From an uncultured Desulfospira sp. (lineage in GTDB: Bacteria; Desulfobacterota; Desulfobacteria; Desulfobacterales; Desulfobacteraceae), in contig OY760175.1 of NCBI GenBank assembly GCA_963663165.1, positions 416,001 to 480,000 of the forward strand: a stretch of 64,000 nt of DNA, written 5' to 3'. A program made the position numbers and the translations under genes. This document shows positions 9,196 to 19,829 of the stretch, piece after piece (the stretch's first letter is position 1; every line of letters begins with the position of its first letter). The notes under the pieces are model-generated. The model saw nothing but the letters and a program-made list of their open reading frames with translations, had not been told where the DNA came from and ran no database searches.

Positions 9196-10248
9196 CTAGT
9201 CTTTTTTCTCGTATGCATTCATGGTTTCACAGATTTCACGGATGTCGATGTTTACCGGACAGCTTTTAACACACCGGCCGCAGCCCACACACATGATGCC
9301 CGCATCATACTTGTCCAGAAAGTATTTAAGCTTGTGCATGAACCGCTGGCGGACGCGCTGAACCTTTTCCCCCCTCGGGTTATGGCCTGAGGCGTGGTTG
9401 GTGAACAAGGGTGACATGCAGGTGTCCCAATTTCTGAACCGTCGGGTTTCCTTTAGCTTGGTCTCGTCCTGGATGTCAAAGCACCAGCAGGTGGGGCAGA
9501 CAAAGGTGCAGGTGCCGCAGTTGATGCAGGAAAAGGCCACATCGTCCCAGAACGGGGCCTCGTGAAGGTCCAGGATGGTCTGGTCCTTTAACCGGTCCGT
9601 GGCAACGGTGGATGAAATGGACTTTTCCGCCTCTTTTCTGAGGATGTCAAACAGGGCGGAGGATTCCTTTTCATCGGCTGTGGTGTCAAATCCGCAGGCG
9701 GCGGCATAGGCCTCGCCTTTGGGGGTCAGGAGTTTGGCAACATAATGGTCGTCCATGTCGGCCAGGAGGATATCCAGCCCCTCCTCGGCAAAGGGGCCGG
9801 TTCCGGCAGACAGGGAAAAGTCAAAGGGGCCGGGCTTGTTGATGGCAAGCCCCACAAAGGTGGTGGCCTCATAGGCGTCACACCAGTAAGGGTCCCGGTA
9901 ATCCTCAGTATCAAAGTTGAGCTTCACCAGTTGAACCGCCTTGGCATCATAGGGCCTGATGCCCAAAACCGCCCGGGGTGAATAATCGGTGCCGGCCCGT
10001 TTCATGATGTGGTGGTCTTCTTTGGATTCATCCAGGGTGGCGGTCAGAAGGGTTTCTGACTGGGGAAACAGAACACACTTGGGGGACATGACCGTGTCTG
10101 GAGCGTCCATCTCCGGCTGCACATCAGGCCCAAGTTCCCTGAACAAACAGCCGTTTTTATCTGTAACCGGGCCAAAGAGCCGGTAGGTCTGTCTGGATTT
10201 ATCAATGCCCCGGGCCCAGTCTTTTTTATCAATGCTTATGAAGTTCAT
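9196..10248 (-). CDS. flxB: 4Fe-4S protein FlxB (AsrA-like)
   Basis: CINCGTCTFVCPTCWC, WDTC, RQRFMHKL, CVGCGRCVKSCP. Confidence 0.85.
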   Translation of the reverse strand: MNFISIDKKDWARGIDKSRQTYRLFGPVTDKNGCLFRELGPDVQPEMDAPDTVMSPKCVLFPQSETLLTATLDESKEDHHIMKRAGTDYSPRAVLGIRPYDAKAVQLVKLNFDTEDYRDPYWCDAYEATTFVGLAINKPGPFDFSLSAGTGPFAEEGLDILLADMDDHYVAKLLTPKGEAYAAACGFDTTADEKESSALFDILRKEAEKSISSTVATDRLKDQTILDLHEAPFWDDVAFSCINCGTCTFVCPTCWCFDIQDETKLKETRRFRNWDTCMSPLFTNHASGHNPRGEKVQRVRQRFMHKLKYFLDKYDAGIMCVGCGRCVKSCPVNIDIREICETMNAYEKKD

Positions 10249-10262
10249 GAGAGTCCTTTTCT

Positions 10263-10379
10263 ATGAGCAGTTAGCTGTTAGCAATTAGCAGTTAGCTGTT
10301 AGCTATGAGCTGTTAGCTGTTAGCAATTGGCTGTTAGTCCTTAAGCTAAAAGCTAAAGGCTAAAAGCTAATAGCTAAAA
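10263..10379. repeat. Inverted heptamer arrays (TTAGCTG ... AGCTAAA) inside flx operon
   Basis: About 9 units on the left arm and 5 on the reverse-complement right arm. Confidence 0.85.
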
Positions 10380-10386
10380 TCCTAAT

Positions 10387-11334
10387 TTATTTGATAAAGT
10401 CGTTTGGATCCTTTGGACTGAATGTATCTAAAGGCGGCCGTTTTTCAAGGTTCAGCCCCGCTTCCCATCCAAACAGCTCAAAGGCGTCCTTGTTGAGCTT
10501 CCGGGTAAAGTCGCGGACATTGATGCCCATGGGACAGGCTTCCACACAGGCCCCGCAGTCCGTACACCTTCCGGCGCAGTGAAACGCCCTTAATGCATGA
10601 AAGGTCTGGACATCGGTTTTGTCCTGGCCCTTGCCCACCCACTGGGGGCCGGCCTCATCCACAAAACAGGTGGGGCAGTAACACAGGGGACAGGCGTTCC
10701 GGCAGGCGTAACACCGGATACAGTTGGCGGTCAGTTCCTGAAAATGGGCCCATTTTTGTTCCGTGTCCATGGCCTCAATTTCATCCACATCGGGAAACGG
10801 ATTATCCAGTTTGGGCTCGGCCACCGGATCTAGTGCCATGACATCGAACAGCACCGGGTTGGGATGGGTGCAGGTCCGGCAATTGTCCTTTAAGACGTCG
10901 GCCTTTTTGATGGTTTGGGTATCTGAGGCTAAGGTAACGGTAAGGCTGTCCCCCTCTTCTTTGATATCAATGATGTCCGTATCAAACCGGGCGGCGAGTT
11001 TTCGTTTATCCACCATGCCGGTGCAGGGCACCCCGATGATATAGATCTGGTCTCTTTGGACCTGGTTTTCCACAATATGGGTGACAATATTCCGGCTGTC
11101 GCACCCCTTGGCAATCACGGCTGTTTTTCCCTTCTGCCGCCGGACATAGTTGGCCAGATTCAGGCCGCAAAAAGAGGAAAAGCAAAGGTTCTTGGTGGTT
11201 TCTTTATCTTTAATGACCGTGGGACGGAAGGCCATGGGGATGGTCCCGGCAGTAAAGCCGACTACCTGATCCACATCACCCTTATCCAGCAGGTCAAACG
11301 CAAGCTGTCTGATTTTATCTGTGCACGTATTCAT
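10387..11334 (-). CDS. flxC: 4Fe-4S protein FlxC (FrhB-like)
   Basis: AKGCD, CIRCYACRNACPLCYC, AGRCTDCGACVEACP. Confidence 0.85.
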   Translation of the reverse strand: MNTCTDKIRQLAFDLLDKGDVDQVVGFTAGTIPMAFRPTVIKDKETTKNLCFSSFCGLNLANYVRRQKGKTAVIAKGCDSRNIVTHIVENQVQRDQIYIIGVPCTGMVDKRKLAARFDTDIIDIKEEGDSLTVTLASDTQTIKKADVLKDNCRTCTHPNPVLFDVMALDPVAEPKLDNPFPDVDEIEAMDTEQKWAHFQELTANCIRCYACRNACPLCYCPTCFVDEAGPQWVGKGQDKTDVQTFHALRAFHCAGRCTDCGACVEACPMGINVRDFTRKLNKDAFELFGWEAGLNLEKRPPLDTFSPKDPNDFIK

Positions 11335-11756
11335 CAGCTGTAGTCCTTTACAAATTTGGTGTTGGGTCCCAATGCCCGGACCTTTTCAGTGATTTCCTTG
11401 ACCACGTCCACAAATTTGGTGGCCTCGGCAGAAGAAATCCAGGAAAAATGAACCCGGTCCCGTTCAATGCCCATGTGTTCAAGCAGGTTGCCCATGAGGG
11501 CGAATTTCCGACGTGCATAGTAATTACCGTCCAGGTAATGGCATTCACCGGGATGTCAGCCGGAAACCCAGACCGCGTCGGCGCCTTCTCTTAAGGCGGA
11601 CAAAATAAATTTGGGGCTCATCCGTCCGGTACAGGGAATCCGGATAACCCTGATGTCGGCCGGGTATTCCATCCGGCTTACCCCTGCCAGATCCGCGGCC
11701 CCGTAAGAACACCAATTGCACAGGAAACTAACGATTTTGATATTGTCTGAAGACAT
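11334..11756 (-). CDS. flxD: FlxD/MvhD 2Fe-2S subunit, selenoprotein (UGA at 11556-11558), 140 aa
   Basis: [15 protein letters not shown]...PCTGR...[17 protein letters not shown] continues in frame to a TGA overlapping the flxC ATG; hairpin ATTACC-TGGAC-GGTAAT starts 17 nt after the UGA. Confidence 0.93.
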
Positions 11757-11771
11757 GATTTGTTTTCTCCT

Positions 11772-14700
11772 TTAACCCGCTTCGCCCAAAGCGTAGATTT
11801 GTGAAAAGATCTGGTTGGTATCAAACCCCTTAAGATGAAGGGCACCGGACCGGCATGAGGCCACGCACAGACCGCAGCCCTTGCACAGCACCGGGTTGAC
11901 CTGAGCCTTTCCGGCAAACCGGCCTTCAGCCACAAATCCCGGTGCGGAATAAGGACAGATGGATACGCATACCCCGCATGAAGAGCATTTCATGGGGTCC
12001 ACCGTGGCAATGGTGCCCGAGGTGTACAGGGCCTCCTTTTTGCCCAGCAGGGTCAGGGCCCTGGATGCGGCGGCCCGGCCCTGGGTGGCGGCTTCGTTAA
12101 GGGGCTTGGGATAATGGCCGGAACCCGCCACAAAGACACCGTCCGTGGCAAATTCGGCTGGTCCTAGCTTGGCATGTTTTTCCACAAAAAAGCCTTCATC
12201 GTTCAAGGGGACCTTGAAGAAGTTGGCCAGGGTCTCGTCCCGGTTGGGGACAATGGCGGTGGCAAGGGTTAACAGATCCGCCTCAATGGTGACGGGCAGC
12301 CCAAGGACATGGTCGGTCAGGCTGATGCTGACGCTGTCCTTATTAACGGTGACCTTGGGTTTATGTTCTTTGTCATACCGCATAAAGATGACCCCGAGTT
12401 CCCGGGCCTCTTTGTACAGCAGTTCGCGTTCCCCGTAGGTTCGGATATCCCGGTACAGAATAAAGACGTCCATGGCGGGGTTTCTTTTTTTCAGCTCAAC
12501 GGCCGAGTCAATGGAATGGGTGCAGCAGACCCTGGAGCAGTACGGCCGGTCCGGCTCCCGTGACCCCACGCATTGGATAAACACGGCAGATTCCAGTTTT
12601 TCAATGCCCGGGTCATTTTCAATGAACATCTTGTCCAGATCCAGGGACTTGATGATCCGCGGGTCCTTGCCGTATTCGTATTCATCGGGTTCAAAGGCTC
12701 TGGCCCCCGTGGCCAGAACCCCGACCCCGTGGTCGAGTTCAATGGTTTTCCCTTGGGTTTCCAGGGTGGATTTGAAGTTGCCCACAAATCCGGCCACACC
12801 GGTAAGGCAGGTGTCCGTATGGATGGTGATGTTGTCGTTGGCTTCAATCTCTTTGATCAGGGCCGACAGTTTTTCTTGAACATCTTCTCCCTGGGCGGTC
12901 TTATAAAGGTAACGGGCCTGTCCGCCCAGGACGGATTCTTTTTCCACAATATGGGTCTCATACCCCTGGCAGGCCAGGCTCTTGGCTGTTGTCAGCCCGG
13001 CAAGACCGCCGCCCACCACCATGACCGTGTCATTGACGTTGATCTTTTCCTCTTTAAGGGGTTCGGCCAGGGCCGCTTTGGCCACGGCCATCCGGACCAG
13101 GTCTTTGGCCTTTTCAGTGGCAATATCGGGGTTGTTCCGATGAACCCAGGAATCGTGGTTCCGGATATTGGTCATCTCAAAGAGATACTTGTTCAACCCG
13201 GCGTTTTTAAGGGTTTCCTGAAACAGCGGTTCATGGGTTTTGGGGGTACAGGCCGCCACCACGATCCGGTTGAGGTTCTTTTCTTTGATATACTCAACCA
13301 TTTTATCCTGGGCGTCCTGGGAACAGGCATACATGGGTTCTTCTGCAAATTCCACATAGGGAAGGGTTTTGGCATAATCCCTGACCTCGGAACAGTTGAC
13401 CACGTTTTTGATGTTGGAGCCGCAGTCACAGACAAACACCCCGATCCGGGGCCGTTCCCCGATCACATTGGTCTCGGGGATGGTTTCAACTTCACGGGTT
13501 AAGGTGTTCCGGGCCTCGGCCAGCCCGTCTCCGGCAGCCGAGGCTGCGGCACTGGCATCCAGGACGGATTCAGGGATATCCTTGGGATTGTTGAAGACCC
13601 CTGAGACATAGATGCCGTCCCGGCTGGTGGTCACCGGTTCAAAGGAATCGGTGGTACAGAAACCGCCGGCGGATAAATCAATGTTCAGACGCCGGGCCAG
13701 GTCTTTGGTCTCCTGGGAAATCTCAAGGCCCACAGACAGGACAATCATGTCAAAGGTATCTTCAACCATCTGTCCCATTTCATCGGCATACATGATGGTC
13801 AGGTCATGGGTGTCGGGGTCTTCGGTCACCGTATGGACCCGGGAGCGGATAAAGTTAATTCCGTGCTGTTCCCGGGCGCTTTCATAATATTTTTCAAATT
13901 CCTTGCCCGGGGTTCTCATGTCCATGAAAAAGATGGAACAGTCAAGATCGCTGCCGGCATGTTCCTTGGCGATGATGGCCTCCTTGACCGCATACATACA
14001 GCAGACCGAAGAACAATAGGCATTATCGCATTTGTTCACATCCCTGGACCCGATACATTGGAACCAGGCAATTTTTTTGGGGTCTTTTCGTTGTTTGGCT
14101 AAGGCCTTGTCCGCTTTCTTTTTGGGATTTGACGGCAGTTTGGGGAAGGTCGTGACATGGCCCCGGGTCGGGCCTGAGGCAGACAGTATCCGTTCAAACT
14201 CCATGGACGTGACCACGTTGGGGAAACTGGCATACCGGTAATTGTCAAACCGGGTGGGATCAAAGGCCTTAAAGCCTGGCGACACCACAACCGCCCCCGC
14301 ATCAATGATCAGGGTCTGTTCGGTCTGGGTGTAGTCGATAGCATGGGCCGGACAGATGTTTTCGCAGTTGCCGCATTTGTCCTGGGTCAGTTTCAGACAG
14401 ACATCCGGGTTGATGGCATATTTTAAGGGAACGGCCTGGGGATACTCTACATAGATGGCCGTTCTCGGTGCAAGGTTCGCATTATAATGATCACTCCATC
14501 TTCCCGGGCATCGTTCTGCACAGGCCCCGCAGCCCACACAAAGATCCTCGTTGACGTATCTGGGCTTTTTCAGGATTTCGACCTGAAAATGGCCCTTTTC
14601 TCCTGTGACATCTTTAACTTCTGAAAGGGTTAACAGCTCAATGTTTAAGTGCCGGCCGACCTCGACCAGTGTAGGTGAGATTATTCACATGGCACAGTCA

Positions 14701-14864
14701 TTGGTCGGAAAGGTTTTGTCCAACTGGGCCATAACACCACCGATGGATGGCCCTTTTTCAACCAGGTAGACATAGAATCCGGAATTCGCAAGATCCAGGG
14801 CTGACAACATGCCGGAAATACCACCGCCAATCACCACCACGGACCCGGTTTTTTTATTTCCCAT
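11772..14864 (-). CDS. hdrA: Heterodisulfide reductase subunit A-like flavoprotein, selenoprotein (UGA at 14685-14687, residue 60), 1030 aa
   Basis: ATG at 14864: [18 protein letters not shown]...[19 protein letters not shown], in frame with ORF 11772..14537. Two GGG FAD motifs, CSSVCC/CSRVCC and ferredoxin motifs. SECIS-like CTGGTCG-AGGT-CGGCCGG after the UGA. Confidence 0.93.
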
Positions 14865-15267
14865 TAATCACATTCTCCTGTTTCTGTGTTAGATGGAAGT
14901 CTTAATTAACAAGCCGAAAAAACTTCCATTTTTAGTTGTGAACCGAACCCCGGCTGGATAACCAGAGACGGTCCGGTTTCTGCCCTTTCGGGTGTAACCG
15001 TTGCTTAACAAAAAATCCTTTCGCCGAAATAATAATGTAACTTTGAAATGGCTTATTCCTGACCAAAGGGGATTCCTTTCATGATAAACCGTTGTTCGAT
15101 ATTAAAGAATTATGTTATAAGTCACTATTTTAATCAATGTCAACCTCAACCTTCAAGATGTGGGCTGCAAACAAAAAAAGCCGCAAGCAAAAATTGTCGA
15201 ACTTTAAATCACAGATATTAATCCCCTGCCGCATACGGCTGACGACTTTAAGGCCGGAAAATTTTAA

Positions 15268-16188
15268 ATGAAAAAGATCGTCACCATTTGCGGCCCCACC
15301 GGAATCGGGAAAACCGGCTTTGCCATAAAGCTGGCCAAACGGTTTGACGGCCAGATCATCGGTGCGGATTCCATGCAGATCTACAAGTACATGGATATTG
15401 GCACGGCCAAACCCGATGCCCGGGAAATCCGGCAGGTTCCCCACCACATGATTGATTTTCTCGAACCCGATGACGAGTATGATGCCGGGCAGTATGCCCG
15501 CCAGGCATCGGCTGTTATTGATGCGCTGGATGAAAAGGGGACCCTTGCTGTGGTGGCCGGGGGAACCGGGTTATATATCCGGGCCCTGATTTTCGGGTTG
15601 TTCCGGTCGGCACCGGTCTGCGGCCAGACCCTGTCCCGGTTGGCGGATCAAGCCCAGGAAAAAGGGGGACAGTCCCTCCATGACCGGCTTCGGGAATGCG
15701 ATCCCAAGGCAGCCAAACGAATTCACCCCAACGATATCTTTCGCCTGATCCGGGCCCTGGAGGTGTTTGAATCCACAGGCCGCGCCATTTCCACGGAACA
15801 GGAAACCCACGGGTTCAGCAACCCCAAATACGACAGCCTGACCCTGGGGTTGACCATGGACCGGGAAGTGCTTTACGACAGGATCAACCAGCGCGTGGAC
15901 ATCATGATGAACCAGGGCTTGCTCAAGGAAGTTGCAGGCCTGGTGGAAAAAGGGTATTCTCTTGGGCTTAAATCCATGCAGTCCATTGGATACCGCCATA
16001 TGGGCATGTTTTTAAATCAGACCGTGGATTTGGATGAGGCGGTGCGGCTGCTCAAACGGGATACCAGACGGTATGCCAAACGCCAGTTTACCTGGTTTCG
16101 AAAAGAGCCCGGCATTATCTGGTTAAATCCTTCTGAGGTTCAGAGGGCTGAAGCGCTGGTTAAACAGTTTTTGGATGGTAGACATTAG
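15268..16188 (+). CDS. miaA: tRNA dimethylallyltransferase
   Basis: GPTGIGKT, DSMQIY, GTAKP, TRRYAKRQFTW. Confidence 0.97.
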   Translation: MKKIVTICGPTGIGKTGFAIKLAKRFDGQIIGADSMQIYKYMDIGTAKPDAREIRQVPHHMIDFLEPDDEYDAGQYARQASAVIDALDEKGTLAVVAGGTGLYIRALIFGLFRSAPVCGQTLSRLADQAQEKGGQSLHDRLRECDPKAAKRIHPNDIFRLIRALEVFESTGRAISTEQETHGFSNPKYDSLTLGLTMDREVLYDRINQRVDIMMNQGLLKEVAGLVEKGYSLGLKSMQSIGYRHMGMFLNQTVDLDEAVRLLKRDTRRYAKRQFTWFRKEPGIIWLNPSEVQRAEALVKQFLDGRH

Positions 16189-16263
16189 ATATTAGACATT
16201 AGACTTTAGAAAACGAGGCAGCCGGACGATCTAAAGTCCCAAGTCTGTAGTCTAAAGTCTAAA
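16179..16263. repeat. Inverted heptamer arrays (TAGACAT ... AGTCTAA)
   Basis: tagacattagatattagacattagactttaga ... tctaaagtcccaagtctgtagtctaaagtctaaa. Confidence 0.8.
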
Positions 16264-16282
16264 AATTTTAAGAGCATGAGGT

Positions 16283-18034
16283 ATGAAACCCATTAAGACA
16301 TCGTATTTTTGTAAAGCAACGGCCTGGGCCGTGATTCTGGTGTTATCGGCCTTTATTTCCGGCTGTTCCATGGGAAAGCCCAAAAAACCTGTCCGTCATA
16401 TAGAACCGGCCCCCAAGCAGGAAACCCCTGCAGCAAAAGAAACGCCCGAGCCTGAGGCCAAACCGTCCCTGACAAAGGTTCTTTTGGAACAGGCCCGAAA
16501 GTTCACGGAACAGGGCGAATACCAGGATGCCTTGCTGGTTTACAACCAGGCCCTGTTTCAGGTGGATTTATACCCGGAAGAAGACGTGACCAAAGATCAA
16601 ATCCTGTCAACGCTTGAAAACACCCTGTCCCTGAGTGATCCGGAATTGATCCGAGAATTTTTGCAGATTAAACAGATTGCTATCCCGGAATCTCTTTTGC
16701 TGTACTATCTTGGGGCCAACCTGGCCAGTCAGGGAGATGTCACCGGGTCTAAGGCGGCCCTGATCCGTTTTGTGGGGCTTTATCCCGATGATGCCCATGC
16801 CGGCAGTGCCCTTGAGATGATCGATAAATTCAACCTGGATAAGGCCAAACCCAATACCATCGGCTGCCTGTTGCCCCTTACCGGCAAATACGAGGTTTAC
16901 GGCCAGAAGGTATTAAAGGGGGTTGAGCTGGCGGTTCAGGACCTGCATGACGAATACGGCTTTGACTTTAACATGATTGTCAAGGATACCCAGTCTGATG
17001 ACTTCAAAGCCGGTCAGGCCGTGGATCTTCTGGCCCAGAAAAATGTGATCGGTATTGTGGGGCCGCTGTTAACCCTGGAATCGGCTGGGAAAAGGGCTCA
17101 GGAACTGGGTATTCCCATGATTGCTTTAACCCAGAAAACCGATTTTCCGTCAAGGGGGGATTATCTGTTCTCTAATTTCATTACCCCTGAAATGCAGGTC
17201 CATGCCCTGTTGGGGTATGCCAGAAACCAGCTGAACGTCCAGCGGGCCGCCATCCTTTATCCGGATGAACGGTACGGTCAAAAATATATGGAAATTTTTT
17301 TAGACACGGCCCAGGAATTTTATATTGATGTGGTCGGGGTAGAGTCTTACCCGGTATCGGCCACGGACTTTTCAGCCCCCATCAAAAAGCTGACCGGCGG
17401 GTATTATCAGGTCCCCACCTTTTTAAAGGAAAATTTAAGGGAAAGAACCGGGTATCATGAAACCAATCAATGGGGCGAGTTCACCCTGTCTCCCGCCACT
17501 GACAGCCACACCCCGGGAAACGAAAATCAGCCGGCCGTTCTGGATATCAAGGATTCGGGAAGGGGGTTTCAGGCGGTGTTTATCCCGGAGTCGGCATCCA
17601 AACTCAACCAGATTCTGCCCCAGTTTGCCTATAACGATGTCAAGGGCATGGTCTTGCTCGGGACCAACCTGTGGCACAATAAAACCCTGTTGGAAGGGTC
17701 ATCCGGATACCATAAAAACGCCGTCATTACCGATGGTTTTTTCAGCAATTCCACCCGGCAAGTCACCCGTAAATTTAAGCAGAATTTCACCGATGTCTTT
17801 GGGAGCCGGCCCGGATTTTTTGAAGCGGTTTCCTACGATACCGTCAGGATGGTTTTCGAGACCTGTATGAACCAGGGGGTAACCTCGAGACAAGAACTCA
17901 AAGAGGCGTTAAAGGCCATGAGGGTTTATGAAGGGGTCACCGGGGATACCGGCTTTGATGAAAACGGGGCCCCGCGCAAAGACTTGTTCTTAATTACCAT
18001 CAAACGGGGCCGGTTTGTGGAGATTGAGCATTAA
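16283..18034 (+). CDS. Lipoprotein, TPR plus periplasmic-binding-protein fold (LpoA-like PBP activator / ABC substrate-binding type)
   Basis: Lipobox ISGC; IGCLLPLTG; GIVGPL; LLGTNLW; GVTGDTGFD. Confidence 0.75.
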   Translation: MKPIKTSYFCKATAWAVILVLSAFISGCSMGKPKKPVRHIEPAPKQETPAAKETPEPEAKPSLTKVLLEQARKFTEQGEYQDALLVYNQALFQVDLYPEEDVTKDQILSTLENTLSLSDPELIREFLQIKQIAIPESLLLYYLGANLASQGDVTGSKAALIRFVGLYPDDAHAGSALEMIDKFNLDKAKPNTIGCLLPLTGKYEVYGQKVLKGVELAVQDLHDEYGFDFNMIVKDTQSDDFKAGQAVDLLAQKNVIGIVGPLLTLESAGKRAQELGIPMIALTQKTDFPSRGDYLFSNFITPEMQVHALLGYARNQLNVQRAAILYPDERYGQKYMEIFLDTAQEFYIDVVGVESYPVSATDFSAPIKKLTGGYYQVPTFLKENLRERTGYHETNQWGEFTLSPATDSHTPGNENQPAVLDIKDSGRGFQAVFIPESASKLNQILPQFAYNDVKGMVLLGTNLWHNKTLLEGSSGYHKNAVITDGFFSNSTRQVTRKFKQNFTDVFGSRPGFFEAVSYDTVRMVFETCMNQGVTSRQELKEALKAMRVYEGVTGDTGFDENGAPRKDLFLITIKRGRFVEIEH

Positions 18035-18202
18035 ACAAGAGACAAGAACCGGATTAATAGCAGGAAAAACAGCATGGCCCGCTCTTACGCCGCAACCGGC
18101 GGGAACTGCAAATTCGGTCTTTGTTTTTTAATCAATTTACGAACAATACCCAAACCCCCAATATCATACCGGACTATAAATGCGTTACCGGGCCGCATTC
18201 CT

Positions 18203-18548
18203 CAGGGCAATCGCATCTAAAAAGACAGTCCTCGACGATGGCTATTGACATAAGCATTCAAGGGCCGGCCCTCTGTGGTTTAAAAAGGTGAAATCCCGAA
18301 GGGGTTGAATTATTCTTCTTTAACCGCCTGGTTTTATAAATTGTGGGCTTCGCCCATTCTTTATATTTAACCACAGAGCAGCGCAGCGCGGCAAAGCCGC
18401 AACCCCAATATGTGTTCCCTGCTGGTGAATGTATAAGCTTAAAAAAAATTTAAACTTTTGGAGCTGAGTAGCATAGAGTTTCAGTGCTGCGCACTGAAAT
18501 TGCAATCGGTAAGTTTAAACGGTGGGCAAGTTACATGAGATTGCCCTG
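18203..18548. mobile_element. 346-bp non-autonomous element with ISAs1-like TIRs
   Basis: CAGGGCAATCGCATCTAA ... TTACATGAGATTGCCCTG (16/18 match); no transposase inside. Confidence 0.7.
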
Positions 18549-18640
18549 GCGCGGCCCTGCTTTCCTGTTGCACATTCAAGGGGTCTGGGGTAAATTAAAG
18601 CATCCAACATCAATGGGTTCATCAATCAGGAGAGCTGTTT

Positions 18641-19810
18641 ATGACATCAACGTCTCTGCTGGACCTTAGAAAATTTCTGGTCCCGGAAATCGTTTACGGA
18701 CAAGGGGCGATTCACCTGGCCGGGCGCCATGCCGGGAATTTGGGGGCATTAAAAGTCCTTATTGTCACCGACCCGGGGGTCCGGAATGCCGGATGGGCAT
18801 CCCTGGTCGAAAAAAGCCTTAGAGAATCAAAAATTTCATACACTGTCTTTGACGGCGTCACCGAAAATCCCAAAGATCACGAGGTCATGAAAGGGTTTGA
18901 AATCTGTAAAGATAAAGGTTGCGATCTGATTGTTTCCGTGGGGGGGGGAAGCCCCATGGACTGCGCTAAAGGGATTGGCGTGATGATGGGAAACCCCGGT
19001 CATATTCTGGACTATGAAGGGGTTGATATAGTTCCCAATCCCGGCCCGCCGTTAATTTTTATTCCCACAACGGCCGGGTCTTCCGCCGATGTTTCCCAGT
19101 TTGCCATCATTCTGGATACCGTAAGGAAAGTTAAAATCGCAGTGATCAGCAAGATGGTCATACCGGATATTGCCCTGATTGACCCGGCGACCACCACCAC
19201 CATGCCTTGCGAACTTACGGCGGCAACCGGTATGGACGCGCTGTGCCATGCCTTTGAAGCCTATGTTTCAACCGCATCCTCACCCTTGACGGATATGGCG
19301 GCAGTGGCTTGCGTTGAAATCATTTCAAATTTTTTGATCAGGGCGTTTAAAGAACCGGACAATATCATCTGCCGGGACAAAATGATGACGGCCAGCCTCA
19401 TGGCCGGCCTGGCATTTTCCAATGCAAGCCTTGGGCTGGTGCATGCCATGGCCCATGGCCTTGGGGGGATGTTCGGATTGGCCCACGGCGAATGCAATGC
19501 GATTATTCTCGAAAAGGTGATCCAGTTTAACTATGGGGCTTGCCCGGATAAATATGACCGGCTCGCACAGGCCCTTGGACTGGATTTAACCGCAACACCC
19601 TTTGAGGAAAGGGGGACGGCTGTTTCCGATCATGTCGCCGGGCTCAGACAAGCACTGTCCATTCATCAGAAACTGGTTGATTTCGGGGTTCAATTTTCAG
19701 ATATTCCCCAGTTATCTGAATTTGCCTTTAACGACCCCTGCCTTGCCACCAACCCGAAAGAGGCTGATATCAAGGATATTGAATACTTATACGAACAACT
19801 TTACGATTAG
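18641..19810 (+). CDS. Iron-containing alcohol dehydrogenase, ErcA-like
   Basis: LRKFLVPEIVYG N-terminus; GGGSPMDCAK; DALCH; VHAMAH; HGECNA. Confidence 0.88.
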   Translation: MTSTSLLDLRKFLVPEIVYGQGAIHLAGRHAGNLGALKVLIVTDPGVRNAGWASLVEKSLRESKISYTVFDGVTENPKDHEVMKGFEICKDKGCDLIVSVGGGSPMDCAKGIGVMMGNPGHILDYEGVDIVPNPGPPLIFIPTTAGSSADVSQFAIILDTVRKVKIAVISKMVIPDIALIDPATTTTMPCELTAATGMDALCHAFEAYVSTASSPLTDMAAVACVEIISNFLIRAFKEPDNIICRDKMMTASLMAGLAFSNASLGLVHAMAHGLGGMFGLAHGECNAIILEKVIQFNYGACPDKYDRLAQALGLDLTATPFEERGTAVSDHVAGLRQALSIHQKLVDFGVQFSDIPQLSEFAFNDPCLATNPKEADIKDIEYLYEQLYD

Positions 19811-19829
19811 AGGTCTTTAATTTGCAGCC

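Noticed and set aside
11348..11548. 66-aa ORF in the track
   Set aside because: Off-frame shadow; the region is the post-UGA half of FlxD/MvhD
14940..15005. Hairpins with a GAAA tetraloop in the hdrA leader as a c-di-GMP-I riboswitch
   Set aside because: Lacks the GGCAAA and GACGCAAA consensus; only generic stems
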